Notes: a model not told the origin generated them from the sequence alone. A stretch of 32,000 nt of DNA from Acinetobacter wanghuae (GCF_009557235.1 NZ_CP045650.1:1830001-1862000), one strand, 5' to 3'; shown: positions 1 to 8,840, counted from the first letter of the stretch. Program-made: numbers and translations.

Positions 1-35
1 GCATTCCCACCGCCAATCACAATTACATCATGCAT
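1..35 (-). CDS. FAD/NAD(P)-binding oxidoreductase, first 11 codons only (gene runs off the left edge)
   Basis: A minus-strand ATG at 33-35 is followed by MHDVIVIGGGNA, the start of a GxGxxG dinucleotide-binding fold. An AGGGAAG SD-like motif (43-49) lies 7 nt upstream. Too short to be certain. Confidence 0.3.
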   Translation of the reverse strand, partial: MHDVIVIGGGN

Positions 36-134
36 TCGATGTCTTCCCTTTCGAATTTGATGCAATTTAAGACTAAAAGTAGGTATGTGCGTGATAGGCT
101 GAATTTAAATAGGTATTTAATAAAATTAAATAGG

Positions 135-1067
135 CTAAAAGTCTAATAGCTCGGCACTAGGCCATAAACCCTTATTTATTAGATCTTTAACACAACTTTT
201 TATCGCAACTTTAGTAGCAAGACTTGCAGGAGACAGTTCTTCTTCTGAAATACTGATTAAATAGTTGATCCTATCGAGCTCTGGTTCAACGACTTTTAAC
301 AAACAAATATCAGATTTAAGATAATCAAAGTGGGCACTCACAGGCTGAATTGTGGCCACATTTAAGTTACTAACACAGTTCATTAATAAATGTAGCCCAT
401 CAATTTCATAGTCCACATCTAATAATTCAACCTTTTGATCTAAAAATTTACGTAGACCATGTCTTTGGCTAGGCAAAACTAACGGTAAACGGTTCACCCT
501 CTCTAAATCAATTTGACCATTTTGAATACAATCTTCAAAATTATATTGGAGTAACAAGGCCCTATTAGCCATCAAAAACATTTGTTCTTTCAATAAAGGT
601 TGAACAGACCAATTAGCATCTACATCTTGGGTAAAAATAATAGCGATATCAAGTTGCCTTGAATTCACAAGGTTCGTGAGATTCCCAGATAAGCTTTCAA
701 CTAAATGGATTTTGATATCCGGATACCGTTCAGACATAAGTTGCATAAATGGTATGCCGAGTACAGATGCAATACTTGGTGAAAAGCCCACACTGACATG
801 ACCTGTCAGACGAGAGGAATGTGCTGCTTCAATTGCATACTGTACGTGACGTAAAGATAATTGCGCTTGTTTAAAAAAAGCTAAACCTGCTGGCGTAGGT
901 GTAACTCCGCTAGAAGTACGGCTTAACAAACGAGTGCATAATTCATCTTCTAATTTTGAAATTTGCTGACTTAATGCAGATGTTCCAACATCTAGTTTCT
1001 GAGCAGCCTTACCTAGACTCCCAGACTCTACAATTGTAATAAAGTATTTTAGCTGTTTTAATTCCAC
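135..1067 (-). CDS. LysR-family transcriptional regulator
   Basis: 310-aa ORF. The N-terminal wHTH (MELKQLKYFITIVESGSLGKAAQKLDVGTSALSQQISKLEDEL) is typical of LysR, followed by a substrate-binding-type C-terminal domain. Confidence 0.9.
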   Translation of the reverse strand: MELKQLKYFITIVESGSLGKAAQKLDVGTSALSQQISKLEDELCTRLLSRTSSGVTPTPAGLAFFKQAQLSLRHVQYAIEAAHSSRLTGHVSVGFSPSIASVLGIPFMQLMSERYPDIKIHLVESLSGNLTNLVNSRQLDIAIIFTQDVDANWSVQPLLKEQMFLMANRALLLQYNFEDCIQNGQIDLERVNRLPLVLPSQRHGLRKFLDQKVELLDVDYEIDGLHLLMNCVSNLNVATIQPVSAHFDYLKSDICLLKVVEPELDRINYLISISEEELSPASLATKVAIKSCVKDLINKGLWPSAELLDF

Positions 1068-1622
1068 TTATTTCCCTTAATACATTTTCATAGTAGTGTG
1101 TTAGATACTGACAATATACGATGTAAAGCTATTCAAGAGAATGATAAAAAAGAAGTATTGAATTTCTTAGTATTTATCTTTATTCATTGAGTTTGATTGA
1201 TAGGGCTTTTTTAAAGACATAGCTAATTTAAACATGTTTTTTATGTTTGGTGGCGGCAATTGAACTCACCCAAAATCCCTAATGAAATCTAGCCATTAAA
1301 AAAATTGAAGCCCAAGATTTTCACCCAAATTTACCCATTCCCCAATCGATCAATTTCCCTTCAAATTCAGGCACTAAAAACTCTATGAGTTCACTCAGAT
1401 CATGCTTATAGATTTTTAACGATTCTGACTGTTCTTTATATTTTCTATACCGCTCTATCCACCTACCAGACTTATCTCTTTCTACTCATAGATTTGGCTT
1501 ACCAGTTACTTTTAAAGGAAGCATAAAGTGTTTGATATATTCAGGATGATGCTGTATTAAGTTATGTGCAACACTAACCATATTAGTGAAACCACTCCCT
1601 ACAACAAAACCAGTTCTTGCAC

Positions 1623-1910
1623 TTAAAATTGAGGATCAAGATTCTGAGTAAGTTGTTCTCTGAATTCATTTCTTTTCGAACGAGCTTTCGCTAATGAATA
1701 AGCTGGATAGACTCCAATAGCTATAGTGGCTCTTTTCTTTGTTATAGGTCTAACATAATCAAAACGCCAATATACGCCATCTTTTTTATCTAGAAGTAAA
1801 TAAAGACTACCACCATCCGATAGCTTGATATTTCTATCCAACGATTTTTTATGCGTTGATATTACTGATTTAATTTTAGAGTCAGAAAGACTGATAATAA
1901 CTTTTGGCAT
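1623..1910 (-). pseudogene. Truncated P4-type tyrosine integrase (N-terminal DUF4102-like arm-binding domain only)
   Basis: The 95-aa ORF (LSDGGSLYLLLDKKDGVYWRFDY...IAIGVYPAYSLAKARSKRNEFREQL..LDP) matches the N-terminus of roughly 400-aa tRNA-associated integrases and then hits a stop. It lies 110 bp from the 3' end of tRNA-Arg. Downstream frames (about 1330-1620) hold only stop-interrupted fragments. Confidence 0.75.
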
Positions 1911-2020
1911 ATTTTTACGGTATCCTAAAACACCATCGGATAATATCGGACAACAGAATATTATAAGTTATTTATTTTTAATAATTTTCAGATTTTTTCG
2001 GATGAGATGAAATAGTAAAA

Positions 2021-2096
2021 TGGTGCGCCCAGCGGGACTCGAACCCACGCCACAGGCTTCGGAGACCTGTACTCTATCCAGTTGAGCTATGAGCGC
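2021..2096 (-). tRNA. tRNA-Arg (anticodon CCG)
   Basis: The reverse complement folds as a 76-nt cloverleaf. Acceptor stem is GCGCTCA/TGGGCGC, D arm GCTC..GAGT, anticodon loop CT-CCG-AA, T arm GTGGG-TTCGAGT-CCCGC, with an encoded CCA. Confidence 0.93.
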
Positions 2097-2275
2097 GCGA
2101 CGCACATCATAACAAAAAAAAGCAGAAGATAAAGCAACTATATATAAGTTAGTGATTTTACTGCCTAAGCTTTATACAATGTTCCAAATTTGAAACGAAG
2201 AATTGCTCCCCCATCACTTGGTTTATGATGCTAGATCACTCACAATACCTCAACTTTTCACCAATTGAGACATTC

Positions 2276-3211
2276 ATGACTGATGCATTGACGTTAAGGG
2301 ATTTGTCAAAAACCTATCGAAATGGTTTTCAAGCACTGAAAGGCATTGACTTGAGCGTGCCTGAAGGTGAGTTTTACGCACTTTTAGGTCCAAATGGTGC
2401 AGGTAAATCCACCACTATTGGCATTATCAGCTCACTCACAAAAAAAACTGCTGGCACTGTTGAAATCTTTGGGCACAACTTGGAAACCCATCCCTCCCAA
2501 GCGAAACAATTTTTAGGCGTTGTGCCGCAAGAATTTAACTTTGCACAATTTGAAAAAACCTTTGATATTTTAGTCACCCAAGCAGGTTACTACGGTATTC
2601 CAAAGAAAATTGCGGAAGCGCGTGCCGAGGAATATCTAACCAAACTTGGCTTATGGGAAAAGCGTTCAACTCAAGCACGCATGCTCTCTGGCGGTATGAA
2701 ACGTCGCCTGATGATTGCACGCGCCATGATGCATGAACCGAAACTGCTCATTTTAGATGAACCAACGGCAGGCGTAGATATTGAACTGCGTCGTTCGATG
2801 TGGGAGTTTCTAAATGAGATGAATGAAAAAGGTACTTCAATCATTTTGACTACACATTATTTAGAAGAAGCAGAAATGTTGTGCCGTCGTATCGCGATTA
2901 TTGACCGCGGTGTGATTAAAGAAGACACGACCATGAAAAACTTCCTTAATCAACTCAATGAAGAATCTTTTATTTTAGATTTAGTCGAGCCGATTGAACC
3001 TTTGACACTCGAAATTATCGGTGTGCGTTTTAATCTTGTCGATCCAGTGACTTTAGAAGTGACTTTAGATAAAGCCCACAGCATGAATGACTTATTCCAA
3101 TTGCTTGAATCACAAAACATTCAAGTTCGTAGCATGCGTAATAAATCGAATCGTTTAGAAGAACTCTTTGTAAAAATGGTCGAAAAAAATCTAGATGGAG
3201 CAAAAGCATGA
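2276..3211 (+). CDS. ABC transporter ATP-binding protein (YadG-like, ABC-2 exporter type)
   Basis: Walker A GPNGAGKST, signature LSGGMKRR and Walker B LLILDEPT are present. The ORF track starts at 2225. I prefer the ATG at 2276 (MTDALTLRDLSKTY), which has a GAGA motif upstream and a normal N-terminal length. Confidence 0.9.
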   Translation: MTDALTLRDLSKTYRNGFQALKGIDLSVPEGEFYALLGPNGAGKSTTIGIISSLTKKTAGTVEIFGHNLETHPSQAKQFLGVVPQEFNFAQFEKTFDILVTQAGYYGIPKKIAEARAEEYLTKLGLWEKRSTQARMLSGGMKRRLMIARAMMHEPKLLILDEPTAGVDIELRRSMWEFLNEMNEKGTSIILTTHYLEEAEMLCRRIAIIDRGVIKEDTTMKNFLNQLNEESFILDLVEPIEPLTLEIIGVRFNLVDPVTLEVTLDKAHSMNDLFQLLESQNIQVRSMRNKSNRLEELFVKMVEKNLDGAKA

Positions 3212-3981
3212 ATTTAAATCAGCTCAGCGTTGCTTTATATACCATCGTTTATAAAGAAGTTCGTCGCTTTATGCGAATTTGGCCGCAAACCTTGCTACCA
3301 CCTGCCATTACCATGAGTCTGTACTTTGTGATTTTTGGTAATTTGGTTGGTTCACGTATCGGACAAATGGGTGGATTCAGCTATATGGAATTCATCGTAC
3401 CAGGTCTCATTATGATGGCGGTGATTACCAATAGTTATGCCAATGTTTCATCCAGTTTCTTTAGTGCCAAATTCCAAAAAAGTATTGAAGAATTGATCAT
3501 GAGTCCTGTGCCTTTACATACCATTTTATGGGGCTTTGTGTTGGGCGGTGTGATTCGTGGCGTCTTGGTCGGCATCATTGTTAGCGCAATGAGTTTATTT
3601 TTCTCTGATTTATCCATCACCAATTGGTTTGTGACCATATATACGATTTTAATTACATCGCTTCTATTTTCATTGGGCGGTTTTATTAATGCGGTCTATG
3701 CCAAATCTTTCGATGATATTTCGATTATCCCAACTTTTATTTTGACACCTCTCACCTATTTAGGTGGTGTGTTTTATGCGATATCAGCATTAAGCCCTTT
3801 TTGGCAAAATCTTTCTTTAATTAACCCGATTGTGTATATGGTCAATGCGTTCCGTTATGGCATTTTGGGGCATAGCGATGTCAACGTGACTATTTCACTG
3901 TCTATTATTACGGTATGTTGTGCTGTCCTTTATGGTGTGGCATATCAATTACTCTCCCGTGGCTCAGGAATGCGTGAATAA
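3208..3981 (+). CDS. ABC-2 type transporter permease (YadH-like)
   Basis: 257-aa polytopic membrane protein. It resembles E. coli YadH along its length as I remember that sequence (RFMRIWPQTLLPP, FIVPGLIMM, LTPLTYLGGVFY, NPIVYM). There is a 4-nt ATGA overlap with the ATPase gene. Confidence 0.88.
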   Translation: MNLNQLSVALYTIVYKEVRRFMRIWPQTLLPPAITMSLYFVIFGNLVGSRIGQMGGFSYMEFIVPGLIMMAVITNSYANVSSSFFSAKFQKSIEELIMSPVPLHTILWGFVLGGVIRGVLVGIIVSAMSLFFSDLSITNWFVTIYTILITSLLFSLGGFINAVYAKSFDDISIIPTFILTPLTYLGGVFYAISALSPFWQNLSLINPIVYMVNAFRYGILGHSDVNVTISLSIITVCCAVLYGVAYQLLSRGSGMRE

Positions 3982-4796
3982 TGAGTGTAGAACATTCTCT
4001 TCTTGGTAAAGACACCAATTACCCAACGACTTATCAGCCTGATGTGCTGTTCCCGATTTCACGTGCACCTGCGCGTGAAACTTATGCACATGTTGAAGGG
4101 ATTCAACAAGGTAAAGATTGGTGGCATGTCTTCGAAATTTCTTGGTTAAATCTATCAGGTGTACCGCAAGTTGCGATTGGTCGCATCACTTTACCGGCAT
4201 CTTCACTAAATTTAATCGAGTCAAAATCATTAAAGCTCTACTTTAATAGTCTAAACTTTGCCAAATTCGAATCGAAAGATGCGTTTATTGCCACGGTCGA
4301 AAAAGATTTATCAAAAGCCGCTGAAGCAGAAATCAAACTCGATTTATTCCATGTCGATGAATTAGAGATTGCCAAACCTGAAGGAATTTGTATTGATGAT
4401 TTAACGCCAAGTCGTTTAGAAAACCATCCTGATGCATCATTATTGGCACTTGATGATTCAAACGATGATGATGTAGAAATCAATCTATATTCACATCTAT
4501 TAAGAAGTAACTGTCCAGTCACAGGTCAACCTGATTGGGGAACAGTATTTATACGTTATCATGGCAAAAAGCCTTGTTACGAAAGTATTTTGGCTTATAT
4601 TATTTCTTATCGTCAGCATAACGGTTTCCACGAACAATGTGTGGAACAGATTTTTGCCGATATTTGGCAAAATCTAAAGCCGCAAAATCTGATGGTATAT
4701 GCAACGTATACACGTCGTGGTGGTTTAGATATTAATCCATGTCGTGTGTCTGACTTATCATGGATGCCTCGCCCTATTCGATTAGCGCGACAATAA
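3981..4796 (+). CDS. queF: NADPH-dependent 7-cyano-7-deazaguanine (preQ0) reductase, two-domain type
   Basis: 271-aa ORF carrying the QueF motifs (ESKSLKLYFNS, SNCPVTGQPDWGTV, SYRQHNGFHEQCVE). Its ATG shares one nucleotide with the permease stop (TAATG). Confidence 0.9.
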   Translation: MSVEHSLLGKDTNYPTTYQPDVLFPISRAPARETYAHVEGIQQGKDWWHVFEISWLNLSGVPQVAIGRITLPASSLNLIESKSLKLYFNSLNFAKFESKDAFIATVEKDLSKAAEAEIKLDLFHVDELEIAKPEGICIDDLTPSRLENHPDASLLALDDSNDDDVEINLYSHLLRSNCPVTGQPDWGTVFIRYHGKKPCYESILAYIISYRQHNGFHEQCVEQIFADIWQNLKPQNLMVYATYTRRGGLDINPCRVSDLSWMPRPIRLARQ

Positions 4797-4814
4797 AAAC
4801 ATTGAGGTTTTAAA

Positions 4815-5465
4815 ATGCCATTTTTCGGGTTTGTTCCATCTGCAGAGCTTTTAAATACAATACAGACTGCGCAACAAAACAAAAATTCGAGTGAACCGCT
4901 TTATCCACTTCGAGACAAAATTGCATTACTCATTAATGATGAGATTATTGATGCAATCTTGACTGAACTTGTGCGTCGCTTCCCAGCAAGCGACAAACGG
5001 GATACAGCAGAAAAGTTGGCAGGCTATATTAAATCTACTGTTGCTGTTTTACTGAAGCAGCTTCTCGGTAAATCTTCAAATGATGTGGTTCGTCAATCGA
5101 TTGAATTCTCTGAAAAGAGCCTGTTCAAAGATCCTGATGGTCAATATCGTGTGGGTGAAGCTTTAGATGCAACCTTGGTCAACAACTTAAAACAGAATTT
5201 TGCTGCTTTAAAAGCTGGCCAAGATGTAGATACGCAAGCGTTAAGTAACTTATATAAGCAATTTGGCGAAGCGACTGTACGCCACTTTATGAGTGACTTT
5301 AACAAGACCCTTGATTTAGGCATGATTAAACGCAAAGCTGCGGAAATTGGTGCGTCAACAGTGATCAAAGCAGTGAATATTGCTGCCGACAAAATCATTT
5401 TGAAACTCAGTAAAGATGAATTGAAAGCCATGGCTGAATACCATGACACGCTGTTTTATGTTTAA
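4815..5465 (+). CDS. Hypothetical protein, predicted soluble and helical (216 aa)
   Basis: Clean ORF with a GAGG motif about 9 nt upstream, 18 nt after queF, followed by a strong terminator. I recognise no motif. Confidence 0.7.
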   Translation: MPFFGFVPSAELLNTIQTAQQNKNSSEPLYPLRDKIALLINDEIIDAILTELVRRFPASDKRDTAEKLAGYIKSTVAVLLKQLLGKSSNDVVRQSIEFSEKSLFKDPDGQYRVGEALDATLVNNLKQNFAALKAGQDVDTQALSNLYKQFGEATVRHFMSDFNKTLDLGMIKRKAAEIGASTVIKAVNIAADKIILKLSKDELKAMAEYHDTLFYV

Positions 5466-5480
5466 ACGCAGAACCTCCTT

Positions 5481-5509
5481 AAAAACCTGACCACGGTCAG
5501 GTTTTTTTA
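5481..5509 (+). terminator. Rho-independent terminator of the yadG-yadH-queF-hyp operon
   Basis: AACCTGAC(C)-loop-(G)GTCAGGTT hairpin followed by a T7 run. Confidence 0.85.
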
Positions 5510-5719
5510 TATCTACACCACTTGTTACATATTCAGTTTATTTTCATGCTTTTTTGGGCTTAAATTCGCCTTTCTTTGTCTTTTTTTGTATAACAATCTA
5601 GGTTTTGCAGCCATCTAGAGGTATCTTGATATCCTCAAATTCTGTGTGATTTGAAGCGACTATATAGACGATTCAGATTGCTCAAAAGCCAGATTTTGAA
5701 AAGAACCCTTCCCGTCTAA

Positions 5720-6742
5720 ATGTTTGGAAATTGTACTTTAATGTTGAACTCGCAATTTTATAAAAACCTAAAACGTCTTTCAGTTGTGCTTGCTGCTCTT
5801 AGCTTAACTAGTTTCAGCCAAGCCAACGATTTCCAAACACATCCTTCATATATGAGCTTTAAGCAAAACACCACGAAAACCTATGGTTTAAGCAATGAGC
5901 AAGTGGATTGGGCGATGAATGGTTCAAAAAATTTACCGTCTATTTTGAGCATTATGAGTCGACCGGGGGAAAGTAAGCCGTGGTACAGCTACAAAACGAA
6001 TTTCCTGTCTGAAGGCACGATTCAGCGTGGGGTACGTTTCAAACAACAATATGCCTCGACCTTACAACGTGCTGAGCAACAATTTGGTGTGCCACAAGCG
6101 ATTATTTTAGGCATTTTAGGGGTAGAAACCGGTTTTGGTAGCAACAAAGGTTCATTTATTACCCGTGATGCTTTGGCAACGCTTGGCTTCAATGGCGATC
6201 GTCGTAATCAATACTTCCAAGATGAGCTTTCTGCACTAATTGCATGGTCATATAAAGATGGTATTTCGACATCTTCTGTCGTGGGTTCTTATGCTGGTGC
6301 GGTGGGCTATCCACAATTCATGCCAAGCAACATTACCAAGTTTGGGGTCGACTATGATGGCAATGGTCACATTGACCTACGTAATTCAGCTGTCGATGCA
6401 ATTGGCTCGATTGCAAATTATTTAGCAAATCATGGTTGGCAACGTGATCAGCCGATTGCTTTTGCAGCACGCTATACGGGCACAAACCCAGATGCAATTA
6501 TTGCAAAGGATTTAACCCTGCCTACACCTTATGGGGTTTTAAAGAATCAAGGCATCACCCCATTGAATCCTATCGTTAAAATTGACGATTTAGACATGGT
6601 GAACGTGATTCAACTTCAAGAGAATTACGGTCCGATTTATTACCTCACTTATCCCAATTTTCAGGTGATTACGACCTATAACAAAAGTCGTATGTATGCC
6701 ACTGCTTTGTGGCTTTTGGGTACAGAAATTACCAGTCGTTAA
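5720..6742 (+). CDS. mltB: Lytic murein transglycosylase B family
   Basis: The 340-aa ORF has a signal peptide (LSVVLAALSLTSFSQA) and MltB/SltB motifs (ILGVETGFG, GYPQFMPS, DYDGNGHIDL). The start could instead be the ATG at 5741. Confidence 0.88.
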   Translation: MFGNCTLMLNSQFYKNLKRLSVVLAALSLTSFSQANDFQTHPSYMSFKQNTTKTYGLSNEQVDWAMNGSKNLPSILSIMSRPGESKPWYSYKTNFLSEGTIQRGVRFKQQYASTLQRAEQQFGVPQAIILGILGVETGFGSNKGSFITRDALATLGFNGDRRNQYFQDELSALIAWSYKDGISTSSVVGSYAGAVGYPQFMPSNITKFGVDYDGNGHIDLRNSAVDAIGSIANYLANHGWQRDQPIAFAARYTGTNPDAIIAKDLTLPTPYGVLKNQGITPLNPIVKIDDLDMVNVIQLQENYGPIYYLTYPNFQVITTYNKSRMYATALWLLGTEITSR

Positions 6743-7031
6743 CATTAATTTTTAACACTAGAACCAAATGTCAATATTTTTTTATGAGAATTAGTTCATA
6801 TTTTGGACTTTTTACACTATTTGTTACAATTTAGTATACTTATTAATCAATAATTGTTTATTTCGCGTACTTTTTTAAACTATTTTAGGTAAAGACTAGA
6901 CAGGGTATTGTCTGCATGAATATTATCCATTTCGTCAAATGTAGTTGCATAAGTTAAATATCAGGCATGTTTATGTGGTTTTTCAGCTGACTAGATGAAC
7001 CCCACTTGCCATGCTGTTAGGAGTTGATTCG

Positions 7032-7646
7032 ATGCATTCTTCAATCTTAAAATATTTTATGGCCATTGCCACGACGGTCACACTGACCCAATCGCAGGCA
7101 GATATGGTTCAATCATCATCATTAAACAATGATCATGATACTTCGCGTTTAGCAGCTCGCTTGCTGAACAAAGAAGCTCAAAGCTTCAATGCTAACTTTA
7201 CGAATATCAGTAGCCTTTCAATCACTGAGCGTTCAGGCGATAAAGTTCGTCGTGAAACGATTGCAGCGAAAATTGCAATTCCTGAGGAAGAGCCTTCAGT
7301 GATTGAAAAACTCAATACAGTTGCTTCAAATACTGTTCGTAAGTTTACTCAATCTGGTACAGCGTCTTGGTACGGTCGTCAATTCCATGGTCGTAAAACT
7401 GCAAGCGGTGAAACTTTCGACATGAATGGTTTAACTGCGGCTCACCGTAGCCTGCCACTCAATTGCTACATTCGTGTGACCAACAAAAATAATGGTCGCA
7501 GTGTTGTCGTTAAGGTCAATGATCGTGGTCCATTCCATGGTAATCGTGTTCTTGATTTGTCTTACGGTGCAGCGAAGCAAATTGGCTTGACCAATGCAGG
7601 TACCGGTAATGTGAGTATTGAACGTGTAGCAGGTCCAAACTCTTAA
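7032..7646 (+). CDS. rlpA: RlpA-like double-psi beta-barrel (DPBB) protein, secreted
   Basis: The DPBB core is present (GTASWYGRQFHGRKTASGETFDMNGLTAAHRSLPLNCYIRVTN..VVVKVNDRGPF..RVLDLS). An AGGAG SD lies 7-8 nt before the ATG at 7032, whereas the ORF track starts at 7011. A Sec signal ends in SQA. There is no lipobox Cys and no SPOR domain. Confidence 0.85.
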   Translation: MHSSILKYFMAIATTVTLTQSQADMVQSSSLNNDHDTSRLAARLLNKEAQSFNANFTNISSLSITERSGDKVRRETIAAKIAIPEEEPSVIEKLNTVASNTVRKFTQSGTASWYGRQFHGRKTASGETFDMNGLTAAHRSLPLNCYIRVTNKNNGRSVVVKVNDRGPFHGNRVLDLSYGAAKQIGLTNAGTGNVSIERVAGPNS

Positions 7647-7674
7647 TTTATCTTGTGCAATACATTTGATATTC

Positions 7675-7700
7675 AGCCACATTCTTATGTGGCTTTTTTA
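7675..7700 (+). terminator. Rho-independent terminator after rlpA
   Basis: AGCCACAT-tctt-ATGTGGCT hairpin followed by a T run. Confidence 0.85.
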
Positions 7701-8254
7701 TGACTGAACAAATGAAAAAATTGAACTACCCGCTGCCCTCTTTTTATTATTACTTTTTGTTTTGCTCGCACAATGGGCAATACATGGTTTCCCTTAACTT
7801 GCATCACTCAAAACTGAATCATAAATACTTATTTTAGACGCATTGCTATTTTTAAACAGCCCATCGAATACAGTTCAAAACGATCAATGCAAAAAATCAA
7901 TCATATCCAACAATAATGATTTTTTTAGATCACCTACTTTAAAAAATAAGTTTCAGCAGAAGATGCTATTTGAAAAGCGATAAAATTTGTTTCACTCTTC
8001 AAAATTGATTCAAAATTAGAATGAAATGAAATTGAAAGACACAGATTAAAAAATTAGGATTTTGCTGAAATTTACTGAGAAATGAGAAAATTGATAAAAC
8101 TTAATAGATTGAATATCGCTGAATGCTCCTCATTTGCGCTGTATTACATTTTTAAATCTTTAAAGCTAAAGGATACTCAGATTTCAGATTCAAGCGAAAT
8201 AAAGCCATTCAGCGCAATTTTGGTGATTTTTCATTTTATACGATTATAAATGGA

Positions 8255-8752
8255 TTATTGATAGGTTTTACCTTGGTGTTTTAACCATCCATGCGCATGT
8301 TTCTGTGCGGGATCAAGATGCGTCCAATGAATGACACCACCTTTATCAGAATACTCATATTCACCATAAAAATCGACTTGATCGCCTTTTTGCAGCGCCT
8401 CAATACGTGGCGCTAAATCAATATTGTGTGCCACTAAAACAGTTTGACCATTTGCCAACTCTAATAAGAATTTTTGATGACGTGAACCTTCATTATCATC
8501 GCGAAGTAACGCAATCACCTTGCCTGAAGATTGCACCTGAATATTACTTTTTTGATGTTGGAATGCCTGCTGAATTTTATCTAAATCATCTTCAACGGGA
8601 TATTGATGTTGCGGAATACTTTGATTTTGCTGTTGTGGTAAGTTTTGGATAGATTCTAAATTATTTTGCTGATAATCAATGCCTAAATATGTTGCGATCA
8701 ACAGAGCGATCACTGCACCGATACCCATATTTTTCTTATTCGCCATCATCAT
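8255..8752 (-). CDS. DUF3465-family protein with N-terminal membrane anchor
   Basis: The C-terminal part (VIALLRDDNEGSRHQKFLLELANGQTVLVAHNIDLAPRI..GDQVDFYGEYEY..GGVIHWTH) is typical of DUF3465. The start is ambiguous among the triple Met at 8752, 8749 and 8746. The ORF-track start at 8788 is less likely. Confidence 0.8.
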   Translation of the reverse strand: MMMANKKNMGIGAVIALLIATYLGIDYQQNNLESIQNLPQQQNQSIPQHQYPVEDDLDKIQQAFQHQKSNIQVQSSGKVIALLRDDNEGSRHQKFLLELANGQTVLVAHNIDLAPRIEALQKGDQVDFYGEYEYSDKGGVIHWTHLDPAQKHAHGWLKHQGKTYQ

Positions 8753-8840
8753 GTCATCAAATGCATTTATTTGGATGAATTTTATCAAGCTTCAGACTGT
8801 AACGACAGACAAGAATTAACGAATCATATTTATTTCGATA

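Noticed and set aside
1248-1272. TGGTGGCGGCAATTGAACTCACC, which looks like the 3' end of a tRNA and could be a distal att repeat of the lost island
   Set aside because: It does not fold into a T arm plus acceptor stem, and it matches the tRNA-Arg 3' end only at about 60%. It is mentioned in the island-scar finding but not called as a feature.
1825-2010. Plus-strand 61-aa ORF opposite the integrase remnant
   Set aside because: It is antisense to the integrase N-terminal fragment. It has an AT-rich, low-complexity translation and no SD.
2097-2275. Possible preQ1 riboswitch or defined promoters upstream of the operon containing queF
   Set aside because: I could not find the preQ1-I/II consensus or a convincing -35/-10 pair with proper spacing by eye. 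Left uncalled.
7700-7837. 45-codon ORF (MTEQMKKLNYPLPSFYYYFLFCSH...) at the start of the long spacer
   Set aside because: Its ATG is embedded in the T tract of the rlpA terminator. It has no SD, and its composition is aromatic-rich and not protein-like.
8116-8217. Two alternative inverted-repeat pairings in the long spacer: CGCTGAATG (8117-8125) or TTGCGCTG (8134-8141) with CATTCAGCG/CAGCGCAA (8206-8217). They resemble mutually exclusive riboswitch or attenuator helices.
   Set aside because: Matches of 8-9 bp are expected by chance within about 550 bp. No adjacent U tract, no ORF to regulate and no further supporting structure were found.
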